Shown piece by piece: positions 1-8,448 of a stretch of DNA of 64,000 nt; position 1 is the first letter of the stretch; each line of letters starts with the position of its first letter. The notes under the pieces are model-generated. The model worked only from the letters and a program-made list of their open reading frames with translations. It was not told the origin of the DNA and did no database searches. A program made the translations under genes and the position numbers. This DNA comes from an uncultured Bacilli bacterium (GTDB lineage: Bacteria; Bacillota_I; Bacilli_A; RF39; UBA660), in assembly GCA_963929435.1 (NCBI GenBank), contig CAWVIV010000020.1, positions 4,226 to 68,225 on the forward strand, given 5' to 3'.

Positions 1-482
1 TAGAATTATTAGCGACTATTTTAATATTGGCACTTATTATGTTAATTGCAGTTCCTAATGTTATGAGTATAATTGACAGAAATAAACAGGATACGTATGT
101 CTCTGATGCTAAGAAAATGATAACTTTAGCAGAATATGAAATTAGAAGCAATACTAGCATTGAGTTACCAACAGATGGCAATTGTATAGTTATATTATTA
201 AGAACATTAGATACATCTGAATTTACAGAAGCTCCAGAAGGCGGTGATTATGATTTAGATAAATCATATGTAGTAGTTGCTAGATCAGGAAACTCTTATG
301 AATATTTTTCTACAATTGTTGAAAATTATGACGGAAATACAAGAGGAATACCTCTGACTGCAAGAAGTGATTTAAATAAAGAAAATGCCAGAAATAAAGT
401 TACAACTGGAAGTGATTTAGATATTGAAATTCCTGCAGTAGGAGGAGTGTTAAGTGGATATTCTATTACAAATATTTATTGA
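1..482 (+). CDS. Type IV pilin / pseudopilin-like protein, 5' end cut by the window edge
   Basis: Frame 3 is open from nt 3. Translation begins ELLATILILALIMLIAVPNVMSIIDRNKQDTY, the hydrophobic helix that follows a prepilin cleavage site. Stop at 480-482. The next gene is a second pilin-like gene. Confidence 0.6.
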   Translation, partial: ELLATILILALIMLIAVPNVMSIIDRNKQDTYVSDAKKMITLAEYEIRSNTSIELPTDGNCIVILLRTLDTSEFTEAPEGGDYDLDKSYVVVARSGNSYEYFSTIVENYDGNTRGIPLTARSDLNKENARNKVTTGSDLDIEIPAVGGVLSGYSITNIY

Positions 483-535
483 CAGTTAAATAAATATTTG
501 CTATGATGTAAAAGTAAGATATGGAGGTTATAGAA

Positions 536-1120
536 ATGAAAAAAAGAATGAACAAGAAAGGATTTACTTTAATCGAATTGCTTGCAGTTATAATTATTTT
601 AGCAATATTGATGACTCTTGCAATTACAGCTATGTCAGGTTATATTAGAGGAGCAAGACGTGATACTTTTGTAACTACTGCTCAACAATATGCAAATGCT
701 GTAAGACTTAGCTTTGTAAATGGTGATTATGCTAGTGATTTAATGCCAAGTTATGGACAGTGTTTAGCAGTATCTACTAACACAGTAGCACTTGAAAGTG
801 GTTCTCATGATAGTCCATTCAATTCTGCATATTCAGATGAAAGCTTTGTAATTATTTATAACAGCTCTACTGCTGGTGCAGATAGTTATCAATATTTTGT
901 TCAAATGACTGATGATGCAAATAATGGTTTTGGTGTTCTAGATGAAAATGGCCTTGATGGAGATTTGGTTAAAGAAAAAGCAGTTACAAGTGAAGGTAAT
1001 TATCAAACAATAAGTAGTAAAACAGCTGGAGATACTATCAATTTATATAGAGCAACAAGTAATACTGCTTATGAAGCTTATACACCAACTTCATGTACTA
1101 TATCTGGTATAGTAAAATAA
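536..1120 (+). CDS. Prepilin-type N-terminal cleavage/methylation domain protein (type IV pilin / competence pseudopilin-like)
   Basis: MKKRMNKKG/FTLIELLAVIIILAIL is a canonical G/FTLIE prepilin peptidase site followed by a hydrophobic helix. GGAGG lies 8 nt upstream of ATG 536. The ORF-track ATG at 521 overlaps that RBS. Confidence 0.75.
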   Translation: MKKRMNKKGFTLIELLAVIIILAILMTLAITAMSGYIRGARRDTFVTTAQQYANAVRLSFVNGDYASDLMPSYGQCLAVSTNTVALESGSHDSPFNSAYSDESFVIIYNSSTAGADSYQYFVQMTDDANNGFGVLDENGLDGDLVKEKAVTSEGNYQTISSKTAGDTINLYRATSNTAYEAYTPTSCTISGIVK

Positions 1121-1139
1121 GTATTAGTTATTAAAATAA

Positions 1140-1164
1140 AAGGACATGAAAAATGTTCTTTTTC
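1140..1164 (+). terminator. Rho-independent terminator after the pilin genes
   Basis: AGGACAT (1141-1147) pairs with ATGTTCT (1153-1159, one G-U), with loop GAAAA, followed by a T run. Confidence 0.5.
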
Positions 1165-1166
1165 TA

Positions 1167-1194
1167 TTGTCAAATTTTAAATTTTAGATATAAT
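1167..1194 (+). promoter_or_regulatory. Putative sigma-A type promoter of lon
   Basis: TTGTCA (1167-1172), 16 nt spacer, TATAAT (1189-1194), about 30 nt upstream of the lon start. Confidence 0.4.
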
Positions 1195-1224
1195 AAATAT
1201 TAGGTTTTTTAGGGAGGAATATAA

Positions 1225-3540
1225 ATGGCGAAGTTACCTATTTTAATTATTAATAATGCAATACTTTTTCCAGGAATGGAGTATCGTGGTGAGACAGTAG
1301 ATTATTATGAACAAGGAATAGTTGATGCTGTCGATAAGACTGATAATAAAGAATTAGTCATTATCCACTCTATTGATAATATTAGTACTGATGATGTGAC
1401 AGAGTTCCCTAAAATAGGACTTTTAGCAACCCTAACTTTAAAACTTAATATTCCAAACTCAAAAATGCGTTATATCTTTATAGGTTTAAAAAGAATAGAG
1501 ATAAGTTCTTACGAAGAAGAAAATGGTGTTTATTATGCTAATTATAAAGAAATAGAAAATACTACTAATAATTCTTTAGAAGAAGATAAATACTTAAATA
1601 TGTTATATCGTAATTATGAGAGATATGTTAGAGAAATATCTAGTGTTAGTAATGCGATGTTAGGTGAGATATCATCAATTAAAAGCTTAGATAAATTAAC
1701 AGACTTTATAGTATCTTTTCTTAATCTTTCTCCTGATACTAAGAAAAGTTATTTGTATGAGTTAGATCCTATTAAAAGAGCGATTAATTTAGTAAGTCAG
1801 TTAAAAGAAGAGATAAATCTTGCTAAACTTGAAAAAGAAATAGAAGCGAAAGTTCATAAAAGAATAGATGAAGATCAAAGAAAATACTACTTATCTGAGA
1901 AATTAAAAATAATATCTAATGAACTTGGTACTGTTAGTAGTAAGAATATGGTTATAGATAATTATAATAAGAAGTTAAAGAAACTTAAGTGTTCTAATAA
2001 AGTAAGAAATAAGATTAAAGAAGAGATAGAACATTATAAGTCTATAAATGAAAATGTTCCTGAAGCTTCTATATTAAGAGAATATCTTGATTTAATGTTG
2101 AGTCTTCCTTGGGACTATAAAACAAAAGATGTTACAGATATTAAAGAAATAGAAAATACTTTAAATAATAGTCATTATGGTCTTACTAAAGTAAAGGAGA
2201 GAATTGTTGAGTACATTGCTGTTAAACAGAATTCTCCTAAAGAAAAGAGTCCTATTCTTTGTTTAATAGGACCACCTGGTGTCGGTAAGACTTCTCTTGC
2301 TAAAACTATTGCAAAAGCTCTTAATAGACGTCTTGTTAGTGTTTCTGTTGGGGGAGTTAATGATGAAGCAGAGATAGTGGGACATAGAAGGACTTATGTA
2401 GGGGCTCTACCTGGTAGAATAATTAGTGGGATAAGAAAGTGTGGTAGTTCTAACCCTGTCTTTATAATAGATGAGATAGATAAGATGACTAAGAATTACA
2501 GAGGAGATCCTGCTAGTAGCCTTTTAGAAGTCTTAGATAAAGAACAAAATAGTACTTTTTATGATCATTATCTAGAAGAAGAGTATGACTTATCAAGTGT
2601 CTTATTTATCGCTACTGCCAACTATGAAGATCAAATACCACCTGAACTTAGAGATAGATTAGAGATTATTTATTTAGACTCTTATACTGAGTATGAAAAG
2701 TTATCTATCGCTAAAAACTATTTAATACCTAAAGCTTTAGATGAACATGGCCTTACCTCTTTACAAGTTAATTTTAGTGATAAAGCCATACTTGATATTA
2801 TTAATTACTATACTAAAGAAGCAGGGGTTAGGAATTTAGAAAGACTAATATCTAAGATACTTAGAAAGATAGTTAAGCAAGTATTGACTCTTAATGAGCC
2901 TGTCTTTTATGAAGTTACTAGTAAAGACTTAGAGAAGTACTTAGATAGGAAAATATATACTAATAGAGAAAATAAAGAGACTAAATTAAAAGGAGTTGTT
3001 AATGGTCTTGCTTATACCCCATATGGGGGAGATATCTTACCTATAGAAGTAAATCATTATAAAGGAAGTTCTAACTTAGTTTTAACGGGGTCCTTAGGCG
3101 ATGTTATGCAAGAGTCTGCTAAGATTGCTTTAAGTTATATCAAAGCCAATGCTAAGAAGTTTAATTTACCTAAAAGTATCTTTGATGATGATATACATAT
3201 CCATGTTCCTGAAGGTGCTATACCTAAAGAAGGACCAAGTGCTGGTATCGCTCTTACAACCGCTTTAATTAGTGCTTTTACAAACATTAAAATATCTACA
3301 CATATCGCTATGACAGGAGAAATAACTCTTCAAGGAGATATTATCGAAATAGGAGGAGTTAAAGAAAAAGTATTAGGAGCCTATAGAGAAGGAGTAAAGA
3401 CTATTTACTTGCCTTTAAAAAATAAAGCCGATGTTAAAGATGTACCTAAAGAGATAAGAGAAAAGCTAGAGTTTATTTATGTTTCTAATTATAAAGAGTT
3501 ATATAAAAAGTTATTTGTTAGTGAGGAAGTATGCAGTTAA
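1225..3540 (+). CDS. lon: ATP-dependent Lon protease (LonA type)
   Basis: 771 aa with an N-terminal LON substrate-binding domain, Walker A GPPGVGKTS, Walker B FIIDEIDK, and the catalytic serine motif PKEGPSAGIALTTAL in the C-terminal protease domain. Confidence 0.95.
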   Translation: MAKLPILIINNAILFPGMEYRGETVDYYEQGIVDAVDKTDNKELVIIHSIDNISTDDVTEFPKIGLLATLTLKLNIPNSKMRYIFIGLKRIEISSYEEENGVYYANYKEIENTTNNSLEEDKYLNMLYRNYERYVREISSVSNAMLGEISSIKSLDKLTDFIVSFLNLSPDTKKSYLYELDPIKRAINLVSQLKEEINLAKLEKEIEAKVHKRIDEDQRKYYLSEKLKIISNELGTVSSKNMVIDNYNKKLKKLKCSNKVRNKIKEEIEHYKSINENVPEASILREYLDLMLSLPWDYKTKDVTDIKEIENTLNNSHYGLTKVKERIVEYIAVKQNSPKEKSPILCLIGPPGVGKTSLAKTIAKALNRRLVSVSVGGVNDEAEIVGHRRTYVGALPGRIISGIRKCGSSNPVFIIDEIDKMTKNYRGDPASSLLEVLDKEQNSTFYDHYLEEEYDLSSVLFIATANYEDQIPPELRDRLEIIYLDSYTEYEKLSIAKNYLIPKALDEHGLTSLQVNFSDKAILDIINYYTKEAGVRNLERLISKILRKIVKQVLTLNEPVFYEVTSKDLEKYLDRKIYTNRENKETKLKGVVNGLAYTPYGGDILPIEVNHYKGSSNLVLTGSLGDVMQESAKIALSYIKANAKKFNLPKSIFDDDIHIHVPEGAIPKEGPSAGIALTTALISAFTNIKISTHIAMTGEITLQGDIIEIGGVKEKVLGAYREGVKTIYLPLKNKADVKDVPKEIREKLEFIYVSNYKELYKKLFVSEEVCS

Positions 3541-4145
3541 GAGATTTATCTATAGAAAATAGACGCTATGCTTTAAATATTAAAGCCGATATGACTGATG
3601 ATGAGAGATTAGACGTTCTAAAAACAAATGATTATAATTCTACTATGAAAGGAATACATGCTCTACTTGTTAGTGAACCTAGTTTTTTCCTTGTCAACGA
3701 AGACTTTTTAGATACAGCATTAGAAATATCTACTATCTATAATGATAGATATGCTAAAGATAGATTAAGTAAGTTAAAAGAACTAGATGAAAGGGAAATA
3801 GAGAAAAGAGCAAGGGCATATATAGAAAGTGAATATTTGAAAAGAGACTTTATCTTTACTTATGAAGATTATTTAGAGCTATTAGAATTAGATGATTTAC
3901 TATTAAGAGAGACTAACTATAACTATCTTTTAGGGAATCCTTATATTCTTCATTCTATAAGTTACATAAAGAAAGAGTTTAGTGATTATTATAGTGTTAA
4001 TAGGAAAGCAGATAATTATTTACTTACAATATTAAATATCTTAGAGAAAAGAAATTATTATGATACTGAGGAAGTTGTTTCCATTCTAGAATTATTTCCT
4101 GATAGAGAAGATGAAAAGATTATTACTTTTGCAAAGAAGATATAG
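3531..4145 (+). CDS. Hypothetical protein (204 aa), start overlaps the lon stop
   Basis: Long ORF in AT-rich DNA, overlapping lon by 10 nt (translational coupling). No recognisable motif. Its last 12 codons and stop lie inside the 57-bp direct repeat. Confidence 0.6.
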   Translation: MQLRDLSIENRRYALNIKADMTDDERLDVLKTNDYNSTMKGIHALLVSEPSFFLVNEDFLDTALEISTIYNDRYAKDRLSKLKELDEREIEKRARAYIESEYLKRDFIFTYEDYLELLELDDLLLRETNYNYLLGNPYILHSISYIKKEFSDYYSVNRKADNYLLTILNILEKRNYYDTEEVVSILELFPDREDEKIITFAKKI

Positions 4146-4165
4146 TAATAATCTTTTTTTCTTGT
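4109..4165. repeat. 57-bp direct repeat, left copy (flanks the IS91-like element)
   Basis: AGATGAAAAGATTATTACTTTTGCAAAGAAGATATAGTAATAATCTTTTTTTCTTGT is identical (57/57) to 5970-6026. It ends in CTTG(T). Confidence 0.95.
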
Positions 4166-4233
4166 ATCATTTCTTGTGTCATTTAATGTCTCATTTATTG
4201 TATCACTTATTGTGTCAATTATATTGTTTTCAT
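4162..4233. repeat. Array of six degenerate 12-bp periodic repeats (TTGTRTCAY core)
   Basis: TTGTATCAT 4162, TTGTGTCAT 4174, ATGTCTCAT 4186, TTGTATCAC 4198, TTGTGTCAA 4210, TTGTTTTCAT 4224. Spacing is 12,12,12,12,14 nt. The array starts at the CTTG junction of the element. Confidence 0.7.
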
Positions 4234-4318
4234 TATTTACTATTGAAGATGTATGGCAAATGTGATAAAGTTTATATTGGTTGGTACTTAGGAAACTTTA
4301 GAAGCTTTGAGTCGTCAG

Positions 4319-4350
4319 GAGTTCGATGTAAGTTACATCGAACTCTTTTT
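4319..4350 (+). terminator. Perfect 13-bp-arm palindrome followed by T5 (terminator-like hairpin inside the element)
   Basis: GAGTTCGATGTAA-G-TTACATCGAACTC (4319-4345) followed by TTTTT. Confidence 0.5.
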
Positions 4351-4391
4351 GATATATAAGGAAAGTGCGTTTAAAAGCGTTCAAAACAAAA

Positions 4392-4417
4392 GTGATACCA
4401 ATGTAATTTGGTATCAC
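4392..4417 (-). terminator. Terminator of the transposase / Zn-ribbon ORF unit
   Basis: GTGATACCA-N8-TGGTATCAC. On the minus strand it is followed by TTTTGTTTT and lies 25 nt after the stop of ORF 4442-4672. Confidence 0.6.
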
Positions 4418-4441
4418 GACAAAAAGAATAAAGCAAAAACT

Positions 4442-4672
4442 TTAAATTTTAATTTGTTCCATAGTAGAACCGCAGTAAGGACATTCCATTTTAGGAATGT
4501 CTTTCTTTTTGATAAATTTTAAAAATCCAATCTGTTCGTTAACGATAAACTCAGGAACAGGATCTAACTTGCCACATTTCTTACATTTGAAAATATATAT
4601 TTTTTCATCTTTACCAAAATAATTTTTGGCACTATTTAATAATTTTTCTATTTCTTTGTTTTCATTTTTCAT
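4442..4672 (-). CDS. Small zinc-ribbon protein (76 aa) carried by the IS91-like element
   Basis: Two CxxC pairs (CKKCGK ... CPYCGS). It lies 17 nt downstream of the transposase stop on the same strand. Confidence 0.55.
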   Translation of the reverse strand: MKNENKEIEKLLNSAKNYFGKDEKIYIFKCKKCGKLDPVPEFIVNEQIGFLKFIKKKDIPKMECPYCGSTMEQIKI

Positions 4673-4689
4673 ACTATAATAATCCTTTC

Positions 4690-5856
4690 TTAAGTATAGA
4701 TACTATTATAGTATAACATTATATTATTACAAATAGGACAAGTAAGTGGATCTATTTCAAAATTAGTTATAATAAGAGTACGCCAAGAAGTAAGTTTACT
4801 AAAGAATTCTTTCTTTTCCTTAGAAATAATTTTTGTAACTTCAATATCTATTTTAGTTGAATTATGATAAGCACCATAAAATCTAATTTGTTTAAAATTA
4901 TAATCTGGAATATGGATAATGATTCTAGAAATAAACTCATAAGCATGTACTTTTTCGATAACGATTAAATCATCATTATGTCTTTGATACCAAAAGATAA
5001 CAAAGGTACCATCATAATCAATAATTCTAGATTCAGCCATAACAGGGCGTGCGACATATCTGCAAGCATATTTAATTAAATCAATATAAGATTTAAACTT
5101 AGAAGGAGGCGCATAAACATAGAAACCATCTTTGTGTTCAAAATACATTTTATTTTTAATTTTTCTAAATTCATCTTTACCAATATCTTCTTCTAATAAA
5201 TCCAAAAGTACTTTCATAAATCGTTTACGAAATGATGGATAAGCAAAGTAATCAACTTTAACAAATTCTTTACATTTATTAGATATACCACCATCCATTA
5301 AGATCATATGAATATGAGGATTAAAAATAAGACTTCTGCCAAAAGTATGAAGAATAGAAATATAAGCAGGAATAAGCTCTTTCTTTTTGTACTTGTTTTC
5401 AAACCAAGAATTAACAGTAATAGAAGCGGCTTTAAAAAGATAATTAAGTCTTTTTCTATCTTCTCTAAAATATACTCTTAATTCATCTGGAATAGTAAAA
5501 ACAACATGGCGATGTTTACATCTAAATAGTTTAGAAAAGATAGAAGATTCTCTTTGTTTATTATATTTGTTTCCACAAGAAGAACAAAGACGAGATTTAC
5601 AGGTATGAGGAACTATTTTTTCTTCACCACAATTAGGACATTTATAAACGGCATAACCTAAATCCCAAGTTTTACATTTTAACATTCTTTCAACATTAGA
5701 AAATACAACATCTCTAATATTAAGTTTAGGATATGTTTCTAGAAATTTATACCACCAATCTTTAAAAATTTCTTTAATTGTAAATATTACCTTTTTATTT
5801 TTAACTTTATCTCTGTATTGTTCAAATTCCCTATCTTTTTCTGTACATATTATCAT
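4690..5856 (-). CDS. IS91-family transposase (N-terminal zinc-binding domain plus HUH / Y2 rolling-circle domain)
   Basis: CPNCG..HTCKSRLCSSCG zinc-binding region. HTFGRSLIFNPHIHMILMDGG is an HUH-like motif. RYVARPVMAESRI and IRFYGAYHN are typical of IS91/IS801 Y2 transposases. Start taken at MIICTEKD (ATG 5856, GGTGG upstream) rather than the ORF-track start at 5901. Confidence 0.8.
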   Translation of the reverse strand: MIICTEKDREFEQYRDKVKNKKVIFTIKEIFKDWWYKFLETYPKLNIRDVVFSNVERMLKCKTWDLGYAVYKCPNCGEEKIVPHTCKSRLCSSCGNKYNKQRESSIFSKLFRCKHRHVVFTIPDELRVYFREDRKRLNYLFKAASITVNSWFENKYKKKELIPAYISILHTFGRSLIFNPHIHMILMDGGISNKCKEFVKVDYFAYPSFRKRFMKVLLDLLEEDIGKDEFRKIKNKMYFEHKDGFYVYAPPSKFKSYIDLIKYACRYVARPVMAESRIIDYDGTFVIFWYQRHNDDLIVIEKVHAYEFISRIIIHIPDYNFKQIRFYGAYHNSTKIDIEVTKIISKEKKEFFSKLTSWRTLIITNFEIDPLTCPICNNIMLYYNSIYT

Positions 5857-5892
5857 ATTACCACCATAATAATATTGTAGTACAAAAGAAAA

Positions 5893-5938
5893 CAACCGCA
5901 AAGCGGTTGGTGAATGAAATTTATTTCATTCTTTTTTT
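5893..5938. other. Two adjacent hairpins at the transposase-proximal end of the element
   Basis: CAACCGC-AAA-GCGGTTG (5893-5909), then GAATGAAAT-TT-ATTTCATTC (5912-5931) followed by T7. These are possible terIS-type end structures and/or a plus-strand terminator. Confidence 0.5.
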
Positions 5939-5969
5939 ATTTAAAGTTATGATATATATTATTTAAGAG

Positions 5970-6026
5970 AGATGAAAAGATTATTACTTTTGCAAAGAAG
6001 ATATAGTAATAATCTTTTTTTCTTGT
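5970..6026. repeat. 57-bp direct repeat, right copy
   Basis: Identical to 4109-4165. It duplicates the 3' end and stop codon of ORF 3531-4145. Confidence 0.95.
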
Positions 6027-6058
6027 CATATATTAGAACTAAGGAAAGGAGATAATGT

Positions 6059-6874
6059 ATGAAACAAATAGTAACTTTAGAAAAAGAGATAGCTTTTAAA
6101 ACGATGGTGGGAGAAATTAGTAGTATCTCATTAGAACCTGATCTTGCTTTCATTAACGATAGTGAAATTGAAGGTAACTTAATAATTAGTGGTACTTATA
6201 AAATGACTGAAGCTAGTACAATAGAAGAAGAATTTAGTTATAAAGTTCCTGTAGAAATTATGCTTACTACAGCTTTAGAAGAAGAGACAAGAAAAGTAGA
6301 TATTAATAACTTTACTTATGCGATTGTTAATGAAGAAGCTTTAAGTATTACAGTAGAACTTTTAATAGAAGGTTTAGAGAAAATAGAAGTAGAAGAAGAG
6401 GAGGAAGAAGTAGAAGAAGTTATAGAACCTAAAGAAGAAGTGAGTGCCGATGTAAGAGAGATTAAAGAAGAAAATATAAGAGAAAATGAGACTGTAGAAG
6501 ATAATACTAAAGAAGAAATAGAAGTATTAACTACTGATGAAGAGAAAGAAGAAGAACCTGTAAGCTTGGAAGAGAAATTACCTAGTTTAGAAGAAGTACC
6601 TGTTATGAAGGAAGAAGAAAAAGTTACAGAACCTGCCATGAAAGAAGATACTAGTAATAAACAAGTAATGGACTCTATCTTTTCAGCTTTCGCTAATACC
6701 GAAGAGACTTATTCTACATATTCAGTTTATATATTAAGAGAAGATGATAACTTAGAAGAAGTAATCGCTAAATATAATACTAATAGAGAAGTGCTTTCGG
6801 AATATAATGACTTAGATAACTTAAAAGTAGGTTCTAAACTTATTATTCCTACCTCAGTAGAATCTAATGATTAA
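6059..6874 (+). CDS. spoVID: SpoVID-like morphogenetic spore coat protein (N-terminal SpoVID-type domain, acidic linker, C-terminal LysM)
   Basis: The N-terminus LEKEIAFKTMVGEISSISLEPDLAFINDSEIEGNLIISGTYKM parallels B. subtilis SpoVID (..ELLSISLDPDI..GSLELTGEY). It has an E-rich linker and a C-terminal LysM (YSVYILREDDNLEEVIAKYNTNREVLSEYNDLDNLKVGSKLIIP). Confidence 0.6.
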   Translation: MKQIVTLEKEIAFKTMVGEISSISLEPDLAFINDSEIEGNLIISGTYKMTEASTIEEEFSYKVPVEIMLTTALEEETRKVDINNFTYAIVNEEALSITVELLIEGLEKIEVEEEEEEVEEVIEPKEEVSADVREIKEENIRENETVEDNTKEEIEVLTTDEEKEEEPVSLEEKLPSLEEVPVMKEEEKVTEPAMKEDTSNKQVMDSIFSAFANTEETYSTYSVYILREDDNLEEVIAKYNTNREVLSEYNDLDNLKVGSKLIIPTSVESND

Positions 6875-7733
6875 TAAATATACTTACTTAAAAGATATTA
6901 AAGTAATAGATTATGATAAGATGAGAGTCTTAATTAAAAAAAAGAAAAAGTATGATATAGATAAAATATATAAATACTTAGATGATCATAATATTAATAA
7001 CTATTTAAGACCCTTTAAAATAACAGATAAAGACTTATATTTTAATTACTTAGATAAAAAAGACTTAGATAATGATGAAGTTGCTAAACACTTAGTTTAT
7101 GCTTTAGCAGATTTACAGAATAAAACTACTATATATAAAGAGATAGATAAAGATAAATTAAAAGAAGAGTATGATACCTTTAATAATAAAATAAACTACT
7201 TAGAAGAGTATTACTTTACTATGCAAGATATAATTGAAAATAAAGTATATATGTCACCATCTGAATATCTATTTATTAGAAATGTATCAATTATCTATAG
7301 TGCCTTAAACTACTCTAAACATTTAGTAGAGTCCTGGTATAAAATAATGAAAGAAAAAAGACGTGAAAGATATGTTTATGCTCATGGTAAATGTGAGTTA
7401 AGTCATTTTATAACTTCAGATAATGATTATTTTATAAGTTTAGAGAAAGCTCATTTAGAAAGACCTCCCTATGATTTTATTTACTTCTTTAAGAAAAACT
7501 ATGATGATACTGATATGTTAAGTAATTTTAGGCTTTATCAACATAGATATCATTATAAAGAAGAAGAATATCTTTATTTACTTATAAATATAACAATACC
7601 AGATAAAATAGATATTTATCCATCTAGTTTAAGTAAATGTATAGAATTAAATAAGTTTTTTGATAGATTAAAAGTAACTAGTGAGTTCATTTCAAAAAAT
7701 GAGAAAGACAAGAAGCACTATGAAAAGCACTAA
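6867..7733 (+). CDS. CotS/YsxE-like kinase-fold protein with degenerate catalytic residues
   Basis: Overlaps the spoVID-like stop. B. subtilis has a spoVID-ysxE operon. YAHGKCELSHFI..FISLEKAHLERPPYDFIYFF resembles the HGDxxxxN / DxE segment of CotS-type phosphotransferases, but with K in place of the catalytic D. Confidence 0.4.
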   Translation: MINKYTYLKDIKVIDYDKMRVLIKKKKKYDIDKIYKYLDDHNINNYLRPFKITDKDLYFNYLDKKDLDNDEVAKHLVYALADLQNKTTIYKEIDKDKLKEEYDTFNNKINYLEEYYFTMQDIIENKVYMSPSEYLFIRNVSIIYSALNYSKHLVESWYKIMKEKRRERYVYAHGKCELSHFITSDNDYFISLEKAHLERPPYDFIYFFKKNYDDTDMLSNFRLYQHRYHYKEEEYLYLLINITIPDKIDIYPSSLSKCIELNKFFDRLKVTSEFISKNEKDKKHYEKH

Positions 7734-7913
7734 TTCTATTAATAATAATAGAGCATGTATTCTGGTTACTAGAAATAATAAAAGTACGGCCTGGTAACAT
7801 ATGATAACTGCAAGGGCAAGTAAAGAACCTAAATAGAAGATACTACTTCTTCTTTTTTGTTTACAAAAATTACATCTACAGAATGGACTATGTTTATTTC
7901 CTTTAAAACGCAT
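7692..7913 (-). CDS. Possible small membrane protein (73 aa)
   Basis: AGGTG lies 8 nt upstream of ATG 7913. The sequence MRFKGNKHSPFCRCNFCKQKRRSS is followed by hydrophobic stretches. The 3' end overlaps the convergent gene by about 40 nt, so this is weakly supported. Confidence 0.3.
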   Translation of the reverse strand: MRFKGNKHSPFCRCNFCKQKRRSSIFYLGSLLALAVIICYQAVLLLFLVTRIHALLLLIELVLFIVLLVFLIF

Positions 7914-8002
7914 AAACATCACCTGTAATAGTTTATGAAATAGTAAAAAAGATGTTAAAAATCTAAAAATAATGATAGAATGGAAATAGGGAAGTGGTAG
8001 TA

Positions 8003-8437
8003 ATGATATACGATATAGATGAGATTGATAAAATATCAAGAAAAGTTATGGGGTTTAGTAGAGATGATGTTCTTGATTATAATGAAGTTGTTTTAAAGTA
8101 TGCTTCATTACTGTCTATGTATGCTACTAATTTGCCTGTTAATGAATTTTTAAATTTAGATTATTTTGAAACTTTAAATTATAGCTTTAATCATTGTACA
8201 GGGTTTGTTTTAGAAGATTATATCGATACAAATGAAATTTATATTAAGGAAGGAACAAAAAATAATCCTCGTTCTAATGCTGTCTTAAATGCTGGTAAGA
8301 AGGTCGTAGAACGCTTTAATCTTTATGGTTTAGAAGAAATAGGTAGTAATATGGCAATGGATTTTGTTATTATTGGTAATGCTATAAATGATTATGAAAA
8401 GTCTTTAGAAAATGATAATATTAAAATACTTAGTTAG
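8003..8437 (+). CDS. Hypothetical protein (144 aa) immediately upstream of dnaI
   Basis: ORF with an upstream purine-rich RBS. Its position matches the helicase-loader partner (dnaB/dnaD-like) of Firmicutes dnaB-dnaI operons, but it is much shorter and no motif was recognised. Confidence 0.5.
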   Translation: MIYDIDEIDKISRKVMGFSRDDVLDYNEVVLKYASLLSMYATNLPVNEFLNLDYFETLNYSFNHCTGFVLEDYIDTNEIYIKEGTKNNPRSNAVLNAGKKVVERFNLYGLEEIGSNMAMDFVIIGNAINDYEKSLENDNIKILS

Positions 8438-8448
8438 GAAGTGAAATT

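Larger units (their letters stand above)
4166..5969 (-). mobile_element. IS91-family-like (rolling-circle, HUH-Y2 transposase) insertion element
   Basis: Sequence between the two 57-bp repeat copies. It carries a Y2 transposase gene and a Zn-ribbon ORF on the minus strand and terminal hairpins. Its left boundary directly follows CTTG, the known IS91-family target tetranucleotide. Confidence 0.65.

Noticed and set aside
4111-4522. Track ORFs 4111-4359 and 4307-4522 inside the IS91-like element.
   Set aside because: The first is a translation artefact of the 12-bp periodic repeat (a 4-residue periodic FLYH/LLCH peptide). The second runs antisense across the terminator and the Zn-ribbon ORF. 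Neither has an RBS.
5959-6153. Minus-strand ORF spanning the right 57-bp repeat and the spoVID-like start.
   Set aside because: It is antisense to a well-supported gene start, has no RBS, and has low-complexity content.
6316-6639. 107-aa minus-strand ORF rich in S/T.
   Set aside because: It is the antisense reading of the GAA-rich acidic linker of the SpoVID-like gene. An open frame is expected from the composition.
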